From assembly GCA_963667035.1 (NCBI GenBank), contig OY762964.1, positions 3,008,001 through 3,072,000 of the forward strand: DNA of 64,000 bases, given 5' to 3'. Under the pieces are notes generated by a model, which was not told the DNA's origin, searched no databases, and saw nothing but the letters and a program-made list of their open reading frames with translations. Within the stretch, counting starts at the first letter, position 1. Each line of letters begins with the position of its first letter. This DNA comes from Candidatus Cloacimonadales bacterium. GTDB taxonomy: Bacteria > Cloacimonadota > Cloacimonadia > Cloacimonadales > JAFGVF01. Below, one piece after another: positions 1 to 11,900 of this stretch. The translations under genes were made by a program, and so were the position numbers.

Positions 1-371
1 GATTCAATCGGAAGTTCCTTTGAATCCATGTAACCGACTAAATAAACGGAAGTCAAAGCTGTTGGTAGAGTAACAAGTGTATGTAAGCTACCATTACTTC
101 CAGTAGCTCCACTATAAAGGTATCTTCCACCGTCATTTGGATCTGCGGAATAGAAATCAAAGCTAATATTTGGAATGCCTTGATTATTTCCGTTTAATAC
201 ATTAATTTCAACCTCTACATCATGCAAGGTAGAGAAGTTAAAATCCTCTGCTACAGTTAAAGTCTCGAAACTTGAATCTGAGTTAGTATCTACATCATCA
301 TTATTATTCGAACATGAAATTGCAGCAAGGAGAGTTAGAATCAATACAAATATAGACAAAATTCTTTTCAT
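1..371 (-). CDS. Secreted lipoprotein, 5' part (runs off window); N-terminus resembles LruC-domain lipoproteins
   Basis: Own translation from ATG at 371 after GGAGGT RBS: MKRILSIFVLILTLLAAISC-SNNNDDVDTNSDSSFETLTVAEDFNFSTLHDVEVEINV...; lipobox Cys; open to position 1. LruC assignment is tentative. Confidence 0.75.
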   Translation of the reverse strand, partial: MKRILSIFVLILTLLAAISCSNNNDDVDTNSDSSFETLTVAEDFNFSTLHDVEVEINVLNGNNQGIPNISFDFYSADPNDGGRYLYSGATGSNGSLHTLVTLPTALTSVYLVGYMDSKELPIE

Positions 372-475
372 ATTTACCTCCGGATACTATAAATTTATAG
401 AATAAATTTGTTTGTTATTTTGGCAATACTTTTATGTTAGTCAAAGTTTACCTAAATAAGCTTAATATTAACAAG

Positions 476-1240
476 TTAACTTGAAAGTGTGAGATTAAGA
501 CCTTTAATTAGTATATTTCTCAGCTCTTGCATGTGAATACTATCTGCTATCCCACTCCACTCATCCATAAATGTTTTTTTAAACTCCAAAGCGATAGCAA
601 TTGCTTTCTCGCCGTAAACATGATGTATCCATCTCGGAAAATGTCCTCCTGGAAATTTTACATTAATTCTACAATCAATTGATCTGCCATTGTAATCAAT
701 ATCACAGATATTATCTCTGAGTTTTTCAACAATTGATAGATTATTTTCCGGCATATTATTTGTTCCGAGAATTATCTCGGGATTATATTTAGGGTCATCA
801 TATTCAGCATCAGGTCCTAATCTGTGATGATTATAGGAATGTATATCCAAGACAATAATCCTTCCGTAAATATTTATAAGCTCGTCCAGATGAAGCTTAA
901 CACGACGATAGAAATCATCATATTCATTCAAAGAGTTTTCTATTTCTGTTTCAATAAGTGGAACGTCTCTTAGCTTAAGTCCCCAGCAATCTTCCGGATT
1001 CTGGTAAACAGATCTTGTTCTAGGTCTGTTTAAATCTACTTCAAATCTACTTGTATTAACGACTATCCTGTTTTTAGCAAACTCAGTAAAGAATCCCGTC
1101 AAAGGATCTTCTTCTCTTAATCTATCGGCTTTCGAAAGAATCATTTTCTCAGCAATTTCATCTCTTAGATAATGCCCATTATGGATAGCGGTACAAACTA
1201 ATGGAGTAGAATAATCGAAAATGAAAGTTGCTTTATGCAT
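476..1240 (-). CDS. N-formylglutamate amidohydrolase family protein
   Basis: TAIHNGH, REEDP, SRFEVDLNR, DIHS, ALEFKK motifs. Confidence 0.85.
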   Translation of the reverse strand: MHKATFIFDYSTPLVCTAIHNGHYLRDEIAEKMILSKADRLREEDPLTGFFTEFAKNRIVVNTSRFEVDLNRPRTRSVYQNPEDCWGLKLRDVPLIETEIENSLNEYDDFYRRVKLHLDELINIYGRIIVLDIHSYNHHRLGPDAEYDDPKYNPEIILGTNNMPENNLSIVEKLRDNICDIDYNGRSIDCRINVKFPGGHFPRWIHHVYGEKAIAIALEFKKTFMDEWSGIADSIHMQELRNILIKGLNLTLSS

Positions 1241-1242
1241 TC

Positions 1243-1938
1243 CTATACTTCCCAGTTTTCAATCAGGTTCATGAGCAATATCATCTGATTTATATAATTC
1301 TGAAAGAACTCTACAACTTTATCCCTTGGTAATTTCTCGGTTCTTAAGGTAATAGCTTTTCTAAAGCTATCGAGAACAACTTGTGTCACTTCATCTGTTT
1401 TTTCCAAAAGTTCATACTCTGTTTTAGGAATCTCTTCGTTCTCAAGAATAAGAATACCTTTAAATACGGGAATCAAAGCTAGCAGTGAGACTTGTATAAG
1501 CTCACTTATTACTTTCATATTGCCAAGACTCTCTAGTAAATATTGTCTTGTGAGAAGAACTTTACCTTTAACTTCTCTTTCCATTTGTAATCTGACATCT
1601 TTAGGATTGAACTCCAGAGACTTAAAAATATCCATTTTTGAATAGGTAGATTCGTAGTAATACTTGATATTGAGAAATTCAAGAGGGAAACTATCTAGGG
1701 AAGTTAGGATATATTCTCGGCTTATAATAAGCGGAAAAGGCATCTTCTTGGCTTTAATCTTTTTCAGTAAAGGGCGTAGTTCTACTAATGCAGCAACATT
1801 CTCATTCTCAACAATAAGGAAGAAATGTCCCATATCCAGGTGTCTGTTGTAGATACCGGCTTGAATAAGATTATCTCCGAGAATAGCTTCAAATTCTTTA
1901 GATATTCCTATCCAAAACTGTCTGTACTTCTCAATCAT
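1243..1938 (-). CDS. Hypothetical protein, nucleotidyltransferase-like fold with degenerate N-terminal motif
   Basis: DSFPLEFLNIK and VRLQMEREVKGK motifs of a conserved NTase-like family; tightly coupled to glyQ. Confidence 0.55.
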   Translation of the reverse strand: MIEKYRQFWIGISKEFEAILGDNLIQAGIYNRHLDMGHFFLIVENENVAALVELRPLLKKIKAKKMPFPLIISREYILTSLDSFPLEFLNIKYYYESTYSKMDIFKSLEFNPKDVRLQMEREVKGKVLLTRQYLLESLGNMKVISELIQVSLLALIPVFKGILILENEEIPKTEYELLEKTDEVTQVVLDSFRKAITLRTEKLPRDKVVEFFQNYINQMILLMNLIENWEV

Positions 1939-1943
1939 TTTAT

Positions 1944-2798
1944 CTACTCCTCTACGGTTTCATATTTCTTTGTATAGAGCTCAGCACATAATTTAGCCAT
2001 AGCTCTGATTCGACCTATATACGCGGCCCTTTCTGTTACACTTATAACCCCTCTTGCATCCAAAAGATTGAATGTGTGGGAGCTTTTTAGTAAATAGTCG
2101 TAAGCGGGATAAACTACATATTGTTTGATAAGTGCGTGACATTGCTTCTCGTAATCTTCAAAGTTTGCGAAAAGAGATTTAACGTCAGCCAATTCAAAAT
2201 TAAACTTAGAGAATTCAACTTCCTTATGGTAGAATATATCACTATAAAGAGTTGTATCATTCCATTTTAGTTTTCTGTAATCATCCACATTTTGGATATA
2301 CATTGCAAGTCTTTCAAGTCCATAAGTAAGCTCCACAGCTATCGGAGAAACATCTACACCACCTACTTGCTGAAAATAAGTAAACTGCGAAATCTCCATA
2401 CCATCCAACCAAACTTCCCAACCAAGTCCCCAAGCACCAAGAGTTGGAGATTCCCAGTCATCTTCCACGAAGCGAATATCGTGTTTCTCTATCTCAACAC
2501 CAATTGCCTTTAAACTTTGAATATAAAGCTCTTGGATGTTCTCAGGTGACGGCTTAATAACGGCTTGGAATTGGTAGTAATGCTGAAAACGATTGGGGTT
2601 TTCCCCGTATCTTCCGTCTTTCGGACGTCTGCATGGTTGAGCATAAGCTACTGCGGTATGGGTACTTCCCAATGCTCCGAAAAAAGTAGCTTGATGAAAC
2701 GTTCCTGCCCCCATCTCCATATCATAAGGCTGAATAATATTGCAACCTTGTTTTGCCCAAAATTTCTGCAAAGTAAGAATTATATCTTGAAAGTTCAT
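1944..2798 (-). CDS. glyQ: Glycine--tRNA ligase alpha subunit
   Basis: [52 protein letters not shown]. Confidence 0.98.
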   Translation of the reverse strand: MNFQDIILTLQKFWAKQGCNIIQPYDMEMGAGTFHQATFFGALGSTHTAVAYAQPCRRPKDGRYGENPNRFQHYYQFQAVIKPSPENIQELYIQSLKAIGVEIEKHDIRFVEDDWESPTLGAWGLGWEVWLDGMEISQFTYFQQVGGVDVSPIAVELTYGLERLAMYIQNVDDYRKLKWNDTTLYSDIFYHKEVEFSKFNFELADVKSLFANFEDYEKQCHALIKQYVVYPAYDYLLKSSHTFNLLDARGVISVTERAAYIGRIRAMAKLCAELYTKKYETVEE

Positions 2799-2832
2799 AA
2801 CTTCTCCATTATGTATAATGTAATGAATATTT

Positions 2833-2860
2833 ATAATATAAGTATCTCTATGATTGTCAA
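2833..2860 (-). promoter_or_regulatory. sigma70-type promoter for glyQ operon
   Basis: Minus strand TTGACA-N16-TATTAT just upstream of glyQ ATG. Confidence 0.6.
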
Positions 2861-2908
2861 TAAAAATTGCTATCCCACTTTTATCATGTGTGCAAGGAAC
2901 AGCAATGA

Positions 2909-2943
2909 AAAACTGTCTCTCATTTACAACAAGAGACAGTTTT
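2909..2943 (-). terminator. Intrinsic terminator
   Basis: AAAACTGTCTCT / AGAGACAGTTTT inverted repeat 20 nt past stop of 2963-5278. Confidence 0.75.
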
Positions 2944-2962
2944 AATGCTAACTTATTAGCAA

Positions 2963-5278
2963 TTATTTAAGCAGAACCATTTTACCTGTAGCTACATTTT
3001 TACCTGATTCTATTCGATAGAAATAAACACCGGAAGAAACCGGTTGCTTATCACTGTTTACTCCATTCCAGGTAATTAAATGGGTGCCAGCTGAAAAGAA
3101 CTTATCGGTAACAACATCAATTTCTTGTCCTAAAATGTTGAAGATTGAGATTTTCACATCATTGCTTTCCTTTATTGTGAAACTCAATGTTGTAGAAGGA
3201 TTAAACGGATTGGGATAGTTTGAAATTCTGAGATTATTTGTAATCTCAGGGTTATTTTCATCATTGTTGGGTACACTAATCAGCGATATAAATGCATAAA
3301 CGTCATCTATATATAGTATTGAATTACCGATTGTTATAGATTGAATAGCTAATCGAATCTGCTCAGAATCAGGAATGGGAATAGCTACCCTATATTCAGT
3401 CCAATCAGTTCTTACTTGAATGGAGGAAGGGTATTCCTGAACATAAACAAATTCATTAGGATTAGCACTGCCATCAGAGTATTTAATATTCATAACAGCA
3501 ACTTCTTCTCCCGACAAAATATGGCTTTTAGCATAAAAGGTAACTAATAGAGAGTCCAAATCACCTATGTAATGAAGCGGTGTATCAAATAGAGGAGATA
3601 TTAACCAGTCATCAGTATTCCCATTAACACTTGGCAATGAAGCAACCATTTTAGTACCATTATGAGGATTTGTTCCTCCAACAATCGGATCAATTTCATA
3701 AGGATCCAGAACAATGAATCCCTTAGGGTCAGTATCACCGGGGAAGGTAGATTCTGAATAAGAAAGAGTTTCTGACTGGTCTAAATCCAAACTTAGCCAA
3801 GGAGTGAATTTATGATCAAAACTATTGTTGTCCTCAAAACCATCGTCCAAATAATTAACTGTTTCAGAATCTAAGAAATGAATCTTAGTGTTAGGGAGGA
3901 AATACCTTGTATCACCTGCCGGAGGGGTAGCAATTGAAGGCACTACCGAGTCAGAAGAAAAATATAGACTTCTTGACGAAGCTGTAGGAGTACATCTAAA
4001 ATTATCTGCATTGGTTTCTGAAAGGTTAGTATCTTCAAGACAAGCTATGACTAGGCTCTTGTCATGTTGTAAGACAAATGGTTCATCCAAATCTATTCTT
4101 AGCCAAGTATGTGAATCAACATTACTCACAATACCATCAAACACAAGAGTAAGTTCATCCTCAAGTAACCAAGAGTTGTTATTAGTGAAGCTACTTTCAG
4201 TTGTGTTACCCATATATATTCTTATATGATTAGAAAAAACCGAGTAACCTGTCCAGAAGTATGACAAACCTTTAATAACGTCCCCAAATGCTATCTCATT
4301 GTTTCTATATAATGATTGAGTATAACTATAGCGATTAACAGGATCCCAAGGTAATCCACCTAATACCGAAGTCCCAATGCCAATCTGATTAGAAAACTCG
4401 GTATTTTCGGTAGTAAATGATTTAACTCCTGATGTAGTAGCTCCATGTTCGTTTTCTGCATCTACTTTCCAAAAATATGTTTCACCTTGTTCCAGCATAC
4501 CAGAAAGTTCATAGTTTGTTACTTCTTCCTTTGCAGGACCTGTATATATGATATCTAAATCTTCTTCAGAATCACCAAAATAGACAATATTTGTATCTGT
4601 TGAAACACCATTCTGCCAGTAAAGACCAGAAGTTGCAGGAACTTCAGATTGACCAGCCATAGGATATATATCGAATGGGACAACGGGAGCTGATGAGTCG
4701 TAATAATACAACCTAATGCATGGAACCCAGTTTAGAATATTTCCGTTACCATAAGGGAAAGCATTATCACTATTTGCATATTTTATTCTAGGATTATAAT
4801 ATGTGTTATAATGATAGAATTCAGGACATCCAGAGTTGAATGCTCCGTCATTATTAATCCACACAATATTAAGTGAGTTTACTCCATCATAAGTAAATGG
4901 GTTATCCAATGTAATCGTGTTCCAATTCCCGTTAAAAGTAATGTCTCCATTGAACACTAACTGGTAACCATTACTTTCAGGAAAAGAATACAAACTTTGT
5001 GTAATCAAAGTATCCGGATAGTTTTTTAGATATATCTTCTGATTATGTAAAGTATAATAGCTTGGATTGTTACTAACATTATATGCTAATTGATAAATGA
5101 CTTTTGATTCACCTATCTCATGTTGTCTATATAATGATTCAGACCATCCGAAATCATATACTCCACAGACAGGTGTATCATAAGTCGTTAATTCTTCTGT
5201 TCCAATCTCTATATATTCTGCATTTAGTAGTATTGTTACGGTAAAAATAAACAATAGTAGTAATATCTTATTTCTCAT
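2963..5278 (-). CDS. Secreted multidomain protein with choice-of-anchor J/cleaved-adhesin-like domain and FlgD-Ig/T9SS-like C-terminal tail
   Basis: Signal peptide; two related beta domains ([11 protein letters not shown] / [11 protein letters not shown]); [19 protein letters not shown]...SGVYFYRI...KMVLLK. Confidence 0.8.
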   Translation of the reverse strand: MRNKILLLLFIFTVTILLNAEYIEIGTEELTTYDTPVCGVYDFGWSESLYRQHEIGESKVIYQLAYNVSNNPSYYTLHNQKIYLKNYPDTLITQSLYSFPESNGYQLVFNGDITFNGNWNTITLDNPFTYDGVNSLNIVWINNDGAFNSGCPEFYHYNTYYNPRIKYANSDNAFPYGNGNILNWVPCIRLYYYDSSAPVVPFDIYPMAGQSEVPATSGLYWQNGVSTDTNIVYFGDSEEDLDIIYTGPAKEEVTNYELSGMLEQGETYFWKVDAENEHGATTSGVKSFTTENTEFSNQIGIGTSVLGGLPWDPVNRYSYTQSLYRNNEIAFGDVIKGLSYFWTGYSVFSNHIRIYMGNTTESSFTNNNSWLLEDELTLVFDGIVSNVDSHTWLRIDLDEPFVLQHDKSLVIACLEDTNLSETNADNFRCTPTASSRSLYFSSDSVVPSIATPPAGDTRYFLPNTKIHFLDSETVNYLDDGFEDNNSFDHKFTPWLSLDLDQSETLSYSESTFPGDTDPKGFIVLDPYEIDPIVGGTNPHNGTKMVASLPSVNGNTDDWLISPLFDTPLHYIGDLDSLLVTFYAKSHILSGEEVAVMNIKYSDGSANPNEFVYVQEYPSSIQVRTDWTEYRVAIPIPDSEQIRLAIQSITIGNSILYIDDVYAFISLISVPNNDENNPEITNNLRISNYPNPFNPSTTLSFTIKESNDVKISIFNILGQEIDVVTDKFFSAGTHLITWNGVNSDKQPVSSGVYFYRIESGKNVATGKMVLLK

Positions 5279-5290
5279 ATTGTCCCCTTT

Positions 5291-5995
5291 CTAATCTGAA
5301 AATAAAGTTCTTAATCCTTCTGATGCGTTAACTCTGAGATGATAATCATAGAGAGAAGACATCTCCGTTTTCTCAGGATTTATCTCTATACAATAGGCAC
5401 TATTTTGTTTTGCATATCTCGGTAAACCTGCCGCAGGCCAAACAACAGCAGAAGTGCCTATACTTACAAACAGTTCAGCTTTTAAAACCGTTTCTATAGC
5501 TTTATCAATGACATTTTCATTTAAACAGTCCTCAAACCAGATTATATCGGGTCGTAAGAAAGAACCGCATTTCTCACATTTATAACTTTTATAGTTACTA
5601 TTCTCTTTATCGTGAATGATTCCGTGTCTGGGACACCTTAGTCTCCAATGACTACCATGAAGTTCTATCACATTCTCACTTTCCGCTTTCTGATGCATTC
5701 CATCAATATTCTGAGTAATAATCGTTACATTATATTTTTGTTCCAATTCATGAATTATCTTGTGCCCTTCATGGGGTAAACAATCAAATATTAGACCTCT
5801 ACGCATCTCGTGAAACTTTAATACTTTTATAGGATCTTTATCATAAGCTCTTTGACATGCATACTCCTGCCAGTTATATTCATGCCAGAGTCCTCCCTTA
5901 CCTCTATAAGTAAAGACTCCTGATTCAGCAGACATTCCTGCTCCTGTGAAAAAGACTATAGACTTATATTCATCTAATGGCTTAGGTAATATCAT
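5291..5995 (-). CDS. cobB: NAD-dependent protein deacylase (sirtuin)
   Basis: FTGAGMSAESG, TQNIDG, ELHG, LRPDIIWF, GTSAVVWPAA, EINP. Confidence 0.93.
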   Translation of the reverse strand: MILPKPLDEYKSIVFFTGAGMSAESGVFTYRGKGGLWHEYNWQEYACQRAYDKDPIKVLKFHEMRRGLIFDCLPHEGHKIIHELEQKYNVTIITQNIDGMHQKAESENVIELHGSHWRLRCPRHGIIHDKENSNYKSYKCEKCGSFLRPDIIWFEDCLNENVIDKAIETVLKAELFVSIGTSAVVWPAAGLPRYAKQNSAYCIEINPEKTEMSSLYDYHLRVNASEGLRTLFSD

Positions 5996-6000
5996 TAGTA

Positions 6001-7542
6001 TTAACTCCAGTATTTTTTATCAAGAGTTCTATACTGAATAGCCTCACTAATATATTCAGGTTTGATCTCCTTTTCACCGTTTAAATCAGCAATTGTTCTA
6101 GCTACTTTCAGTATTCTATCGTACACTCTTGCAGAAAAACCTGAATGGTCAATAGCTTTTTTTATTAAATTATGACAATCTTCATTCAGTATACAATATT
6201 TTCTTAACATCTTTGAAGTCATCTGAGAATTACAGAATATGTTATCGTCTTTAAATCTATTTAGTTGTATTAATCTAGCTTTGTTCACACGTTTACGAAT
6301 CTCTGATGAACTCTCGCCTGCCGGTTTTGATTTAAGTTCTTGATAGCTTACTGCAGGAACCTCGATATGAATGTCTATTCTATCTAAAAGAGGTCCTGAG
6401 ATTCTTGATCTGTATCGCGAAATCATAGTAAACGAGCAGTTACAGGTATGTCCTGGTATTGAGCATCCATAATATCCGCAAGGACAGGGATTCATTGAAG
6501 CTATAAGCATGAATTGAGCAGGGAAAGCAAGGCTCTGAGCTGCTCTTGATATTGAAACAATTCCGTCTTCAAGTGGTTGTCTTAGTACTTCAAGAGCATT
6601 TTTCTTGAATTCTGGAAGCTCATCCAGGAAGAGAACTCCGTTATGAGCAAGAGAAACCTCTCCAGGTTTTGGAAAAGTACCGCCCCCTATTAGTGCAATG
6701 TCACTTACAGTATGATGAGGAGATCTAAAAGGTCTGGATGAGACTATTCCCTCATGCATCTTTGATGATAATCCCGACACCGAATGTATCTTGGTTGTTT
6801 CAATAGCTTCTTCCAGAGTTAAATCAGGCAATATAGTTGGTAATCTGCGAGCAAGCATAGTTTTCCCTGAGCCTGGAGGTCCTATCATAATCAAGTTATG
6901 CCCACCTGCAGCCGCAACTTCCAAAGCTCTTTTAGAGAAGTATTGCCCCTTAACATCATACATATCTACATCAAAGCTGTTTAGGCTACCAAAAAGTTTA
7001 TCTTTATCAATTACATACGGGTCTATCTTAATGCTTCCTTCCAGAAATTGAACAGCTTCCATAAGAGAATCTACAGGATACACTTCCAACCCTTCAACAA
7101 TAGAAGCTTCTTTTGCATTTTCAGAAGGTAAAATCAATCCTTTCAGGTTCTCTTCAGCAGCTTTTACAGCTATTGGTAAAACGCCTTTTACAGGTCTTAA
7201 TGAACCATCCAGTGATAGCTCTCCAATCAATGCATATTCATTAATTCTTTGAGGTTTTATTATCTTAAGAGTAATTAATAGTGAGATAGCTATTGGCAAA
7301 TCAAGAGACGAACCGTCTTTTTTTACATCTGCTGGTGCAAGATTGATAGTATATCTTAGATTAGGTACTCTCCAGCTACTGTTTCTTATTGCAGCACACA
7401 CTCTATCCTTACTCTCTTTTACACTATTTGTTGCCATACCCACGATTGAGAACATTCCCGCACCCAATCTGGAATCACTCTCAATTGTTATCCTTATTGC
7501 ATCAATCCCTATTGTAGAATATGAAATAGCTCTGCCAAGCAT
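6001..7542 (-). CDS. comM: YifB/ComM family Mg-chelatase-like AAA+ ATPase
   Basis: INLAPADVKK, GELSLDG, GPPGSGKT, RSPHHT, PGEVSLAHNGVLFLDE, MNPCPCG, ISGPLLDRID. Confidence 0.93.
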   Translation of the reverse strand: MLGRAISYSTIGIDAIRITIESDSRLGAGMFSIVGMATNSVKESKDRVCAAIRNSSWRVPNLRYTINLAPADVKKDGSSLDLPIAISLLITLKIIKPQRINEYALIGELSLDGSLRPVKGVLPIAVKAAEENLKGLILPSENAKEASIVEGLEVYPVDSLMEAVQFLEGSIKIDPYVIDKDKLFGSLNSFDVDMYDVKGQYFSKRALEVAAAGGHNLIMIGPPGSGKTMLARRLPTILPDLTLEEAIETTKIHSVSGLSSKMHEGIVSSRPFRSPHHTVSDIALIGGGTFPKPGEVSLAHNGVLFLDELPEFKKNALEVLRQPLEDGIVSISRAAQSLAFPAQFMLIASMNPCPCGYYGCSIPGHTCNCSFTMISRYRSRISGPLLDRIDIHIEVPAVSYQELKSKPAGESSSEIRKRVNKARLIQLNRFKDDNIFCNSQMTSKMLRKYCILNEDCHNLIKKAIDHSGFSARVYDRILKVARTIADLNGEKEIKPEYISEAIQYRTLDKKYWS

Positions 7543-7561
7543 TATACCTCCGAATACTTAA

Positions 7562-8842
7562 CTAACTTTGCTCCTTTTTTAATTTACTCCACCATTTCAG
7601 ACGTTTGTTAATCTCTTTTTCAAACCCGAATTCCGAGGGAGTGTAAAACTCCTGCTCTTCCATCTGATCTGGAAAACATTTTTGATAATTATAGGCATTT
7701 TTATAAGCATGGGAGTATTTGTAATCTTTACTATATCCGAGATCTTTCATAAGTTTCGTGGGAGCATTTCTCAGATGCAAGGGAACTCCCATAGTACTTG
7801 TTTTAACAGCTAAAGCAGAAGCCTCTTTGTAGGCCATATAACAAGCATTGCTTTTAGGAGCTGTTGCAAGATAAACAACCAACTGAGTCAAGGCAACATT
7901 AGATTCAGGCATCCCTAGCATCTTGATAGTATCTTTAACTGCAATTGCTTGCACCAAAGCATTAGGGTCAGCCAATCCCACATCTTCAGAAGCAAATCGG
8001 ATTAGCCTTCGCACTATATACATCGGATCTTCACCTGCTTCCAGCATTCTTGCTAGCCAATATATCCCGGCTTGAGCATCACTTCCTCTTAGAGATTTAT
8101 GCAAAGCGGATATTAGGTTATAATGTTCCTCTTTGTTTTTATCATAAAACATGGCTTTGCGAGTTAGTATCTTGCTAATAAGTGACAATTCAGGTTTTTC
8201 ATCACTTCTTAGATATGGAATTATAGCATCCAGATAGTTCATTACTTGTCTGCCATCTCCCTCACTAACATCAGCTAGATATGCTACAATATCTTCAGGA
8301 ACATCTAACTTAAGTTTCTTCAATGCTTGCTTAATTATTTGGGAAAGACTCTCAACTGTATGTATTTCCAGTACGAATACATGGCATCTTGATAGAAGTG
8401 CAGGAATTATTTCGAATGAAGGGTTCTCTGTTGTTGCTCCTATCAGAATTATTGCTCCTGATTCAACGAAAGGAAGAAAGGCATCTTGTTGAGATTTATT
8501 AAATCTATGTATCTCGTCAATAAACAAAATTGTGTTTGTTTTATGAACTTTGAAGTGATAATCAGCTTCTTGCATTACTTGTTTTACTTCTTTAATACCG
8601 GATAGTACCGCACTGAAATATATAAAATCTTGATTACAGCTTTTCTCAACAAACTTTGCTATTGTAGTTTTTCCACAACCGGGTGGTCCCCAAAGTATAA
8701 AAGAACTGTACTTTCCTGAATCAAGCATTTGACGAAGTAAGGAACCCTTGTCTAAAACTTTATTCTGTCCCTTAATTTCATCAAGCTCTGTCGGTCTCAT
8801 CCTCTCGGCTAAAGGTATATTAGTATTAGTTTTTTGTGACAT
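7562..8842 (-). CDS. rarA: Replication-associated recombination protein A
   Basis: [61 protein letters not shown]. Confidence 0.96.
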   Translation of the reverse strand: MSQKTNTNIPLAERMRPTELDEIKGQNKVLDKGSLLRQMLDSGKYSSFILWGPPGCGKTTIAKFVEKSCNQDFIYFSAVLSGIKEVKQVMQEADYHFKVHKTNTILFIDEIHRFNKSQQDAFLPFVESGAIILIGATTENPSFEIIPALLSRCHVFVLEIHTVESLSQIIKQALKKLKLDVPEDIVAYLADVSEGDGRQVMNYLDAIIPYLRSDEKPELSLISKILTRKAMFYDKNKEEHYNLISALHKSLRGSDAQAGIYWLARMLEAGEDPMYIVRRLIRFASEDVGLADPNALVQAIAVKDTIKMLGMPESNVALTQLVVYLATAPKSNACYMAYKEASALAVKTSTMGVPLHLRNAPTKLMKDLGYSKDYKYSHAYKNAYNYQKCFPDQMEEQEFYTPSEFGFEKEINKRLKWWSKLKKEQS

Positions 8843-8905
8843 ACCCTAACAAAATTAGTGAGTTAAATTTAGTCTATATTTTTCATTATATATTATGAGA
8901 AAAGT

Positions 8906-8933
8906 TCAGGCAAGAAGTTAGTTTCTTGCCTGA
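8906..8933 (-). terminator. Intrinsic terminator
   Basis: TCAGGCAAGAA / TTCTTGCCTGA 11-bp stem just after stop at 8946. Confidence 0.75.
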
Positions 8934-8945
8934 TACTAGTATCAA

Positions 8946-11900
8946 CTATTTAATAAGAATCATCTTTCTTGTCTTTGTATAAGTTCCCGATTTCATCTTA
9001 TAGAAATAGATACCACTGGAAACTTGTTTATTGTTTTGATCTCTTCCGTTCCATAGAACCGAATGCCTCCCGGAACCAAACTCATTATCGGCAACTCTAG
9101 AGACAAATTGTCCTTTGATTTTATAAACATCAATAACCACATTTTCCGATTGCTTCAATTCAAAATTTATATTGGTAGTAGGATTGAACGGGTTAGGATA
9201 GTTATTCAATAGTTTTGTTGAAAGAATAGGTTGTGCTTCAGTTGAGTTATCTACAACTCCATTAACAGAATCAATTGAAAGGTCATCAATGAAGAGAGCA
9301 AAACGATCACATGAGCAACAATTTAATCCTACCCTAATCACATCGCCGACATACTCTGATAAATCATAACTATAGTATGTCCATTGAATCCCAACTTCTA
9401 GAGGATTATCATTGTTAAACATAACAAAGCTATCTGTACCCTCCGATTCGGTACTTACTCCAACATTTAAATGTTCAAATCCGAATTGACTTGTGTATGA
9501 GCGTGCCCAAAAACTGACAAATCCTCCTTCATCGCCAAGCTGAATAGTCGGAGAAATAATCCAATCATCATTCGCTTCATGTAATGACGAGAAGCATGCA
9601 ATATATTTATCTCCACTATGTGCAGAAGCGAAGGGTACCGGAGGAACGGCAGTATTAGGGTTAAAAACCATGAAAGCCATCTCTTCTCCTTGATTATCAA
9701 ACTCAATATTAGCAAAAGAGATAGTGTTATCATTATCATTATCTATCAATTCCCAATCACCGAATTCAAGTGAGAAGTCTGAATAACTCTCAAAATCATC
9801 TCCCACAACAACTGCTCTTGGAGTTAACTCAATGTTACACATTTCAATGTACTCTCCCAAAACAGGTAAATCATATAATTCCAATGGAAGATACATGTTT
9901 GCTTCTACATGGAAATCATGAAAGCCTTCGTCTAAACAAACGATATAGTATCCTATATCATCTGTGACAATTGTGAGCGTATCGACTGTAATCACTGCTC
10001 CGGGTATAGACTCCTGAGTATTAATATCCGTTACAAGACCTTGTAAATAACCACGTTGGTCTTTATGAACAATATTGGATATGGATGCTGTAGATTCAAA
10101 ACCTCCTGTATAGACTGCTCTTACCGCATATCTATAATCATTTGAAGGTAATTCTGTCCAACCATAATCCGTAAACAGTGTATCTGCAGTAAGAACTTCT
10201 ATCAAATTCCAACTTTGAGGACTACTTTCGGTACCTGCAATGAATCTATAAAGATTGTAACCTAAAACTTCTCGTATCTCTCTGTTTACACCATCGGTAG
10301 TTAATAAGGATAAATCGGAATTAGTGTTTCTGTTACTCTCCGGAATAAACGGTTTACCAATTCTAATAGCATTCTCTCCGTTTGTATCCCAATCTACCCA
10401 TGCTTGCAAATTCCAATTATAGTCGAGTTCTTCGTTCACTTCAAGAAGAGTTTGCCATGTTCCTCCCCAAAGCATCATATTACCGAAACCATCTATTGCA
10501 GGTCCCTGGTCACAACCAACCGGATGTCCTGTTTGTGTGTCTACACTTACACCAACCCATAACTCCTGAGATGCATCTATTTGAACAGGATTGTTTAATA
10601 TCTCAGTATGCCAATTATTGTAGCTTGTGATATTATTGCACAATTGGTCTATTAATATCGTTTGAGCATTTTCTCCTGACCAAACTCTAACAGAATACTC
10701 ACAATTTGCTTCTCTCGGATAGAATTTAACTTTAGTAATAAACATTCCACCATAGTCATCTAGAAACTCAGGCTCCCATCTGCAAGCAATGTCAAATTGA
10801 GCTTCTGCTCCTGTTCCAACACCACTACTATTTTGCCCTGAATCCCAAGCAAACCATTGAGGTATACTACCTTCATTAGGCTCTCCCCAATGTACACTAA
10901 CAAATGTGCTATACTCATCCACCTCTGCTCTGACATCATGGGATGGAATAATATATTCTGTAATCATCATATCCAGTTCATTAGCACCATCAATAATATA
11001 ACTTTCAATAGTACTTCCTTGGTATCCATCAAGACTTGCCACAATTCTATAATTACCTAACCAAATGTCTGATATAGTAGCAATTCCCTGATTATTAGTT
11101 AGTCCACTGTATTCGTTATATATGCCGTCAGGATTAGGAGTAAGAGCCGTTAAATTTATTGATGCTCCCAATGGAGTATCCCCCGAGTTTGTTGTAAGAT
11201 TTATTGTAAGACTACCATACATTACTCGAGGAAGCCAATTCGATAGTATCGGATATGATTGGTATCCATTAGTATAATTTGCTTGAACAGCATATTTATA
11301 CACTCCCGGATTAGCTCCTATCCAGTTTGAATCTGTGTAAGTTGTATCTTGAATCGTAGCAAGCTCAATCCAGTTTTCAGGATTGTTCTCATCATTCATA
11401 TTTAATCTGAACACTGTGTAATCAAGAAATGTTCTATTCTGCACAATTCTGGTTACCAATGGACTAATGTTTCGTTGTTTCTCAATCATCAATGGATGAT
11501 TTGCAGTTTGCTTCTCTACTCTTCTATTTAGTAAACTACCACTTGAGAATGGAAGCTCCGAGACATAGGCTTGAAGATTCCAGTTACAATCAAGTGTAGG
11601 GGCTATAATATGAAGTTCTTCCCAAACATCGGTAGTTTTTATCATGTCTCCACCGGATTGATGAGGACCTTCATCGCAACCGACAGGTCGATACTCAGAT
11701 GTATGTTCAACCTCATAACCAAGCCATATAGGTGAATCTCCTGTTATTGGTATTGATGTATCAAGTTGCACTTCATTCCATGCATCGATATTATAAGTAG
11801 GAACAGATTGTTCATGAAGCAGCAAATCACCATTCTCGCCCGAATATATCTTTATTGTAACGGACACTGCAGAACTCTGTATATAGAGTCGCATTGTATT

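Noticed and set aside
1944..2798. glyQ without adjacent glyS
   Set aside because: Split glyQ/glyS loci are common; glyS may lie elsewhere
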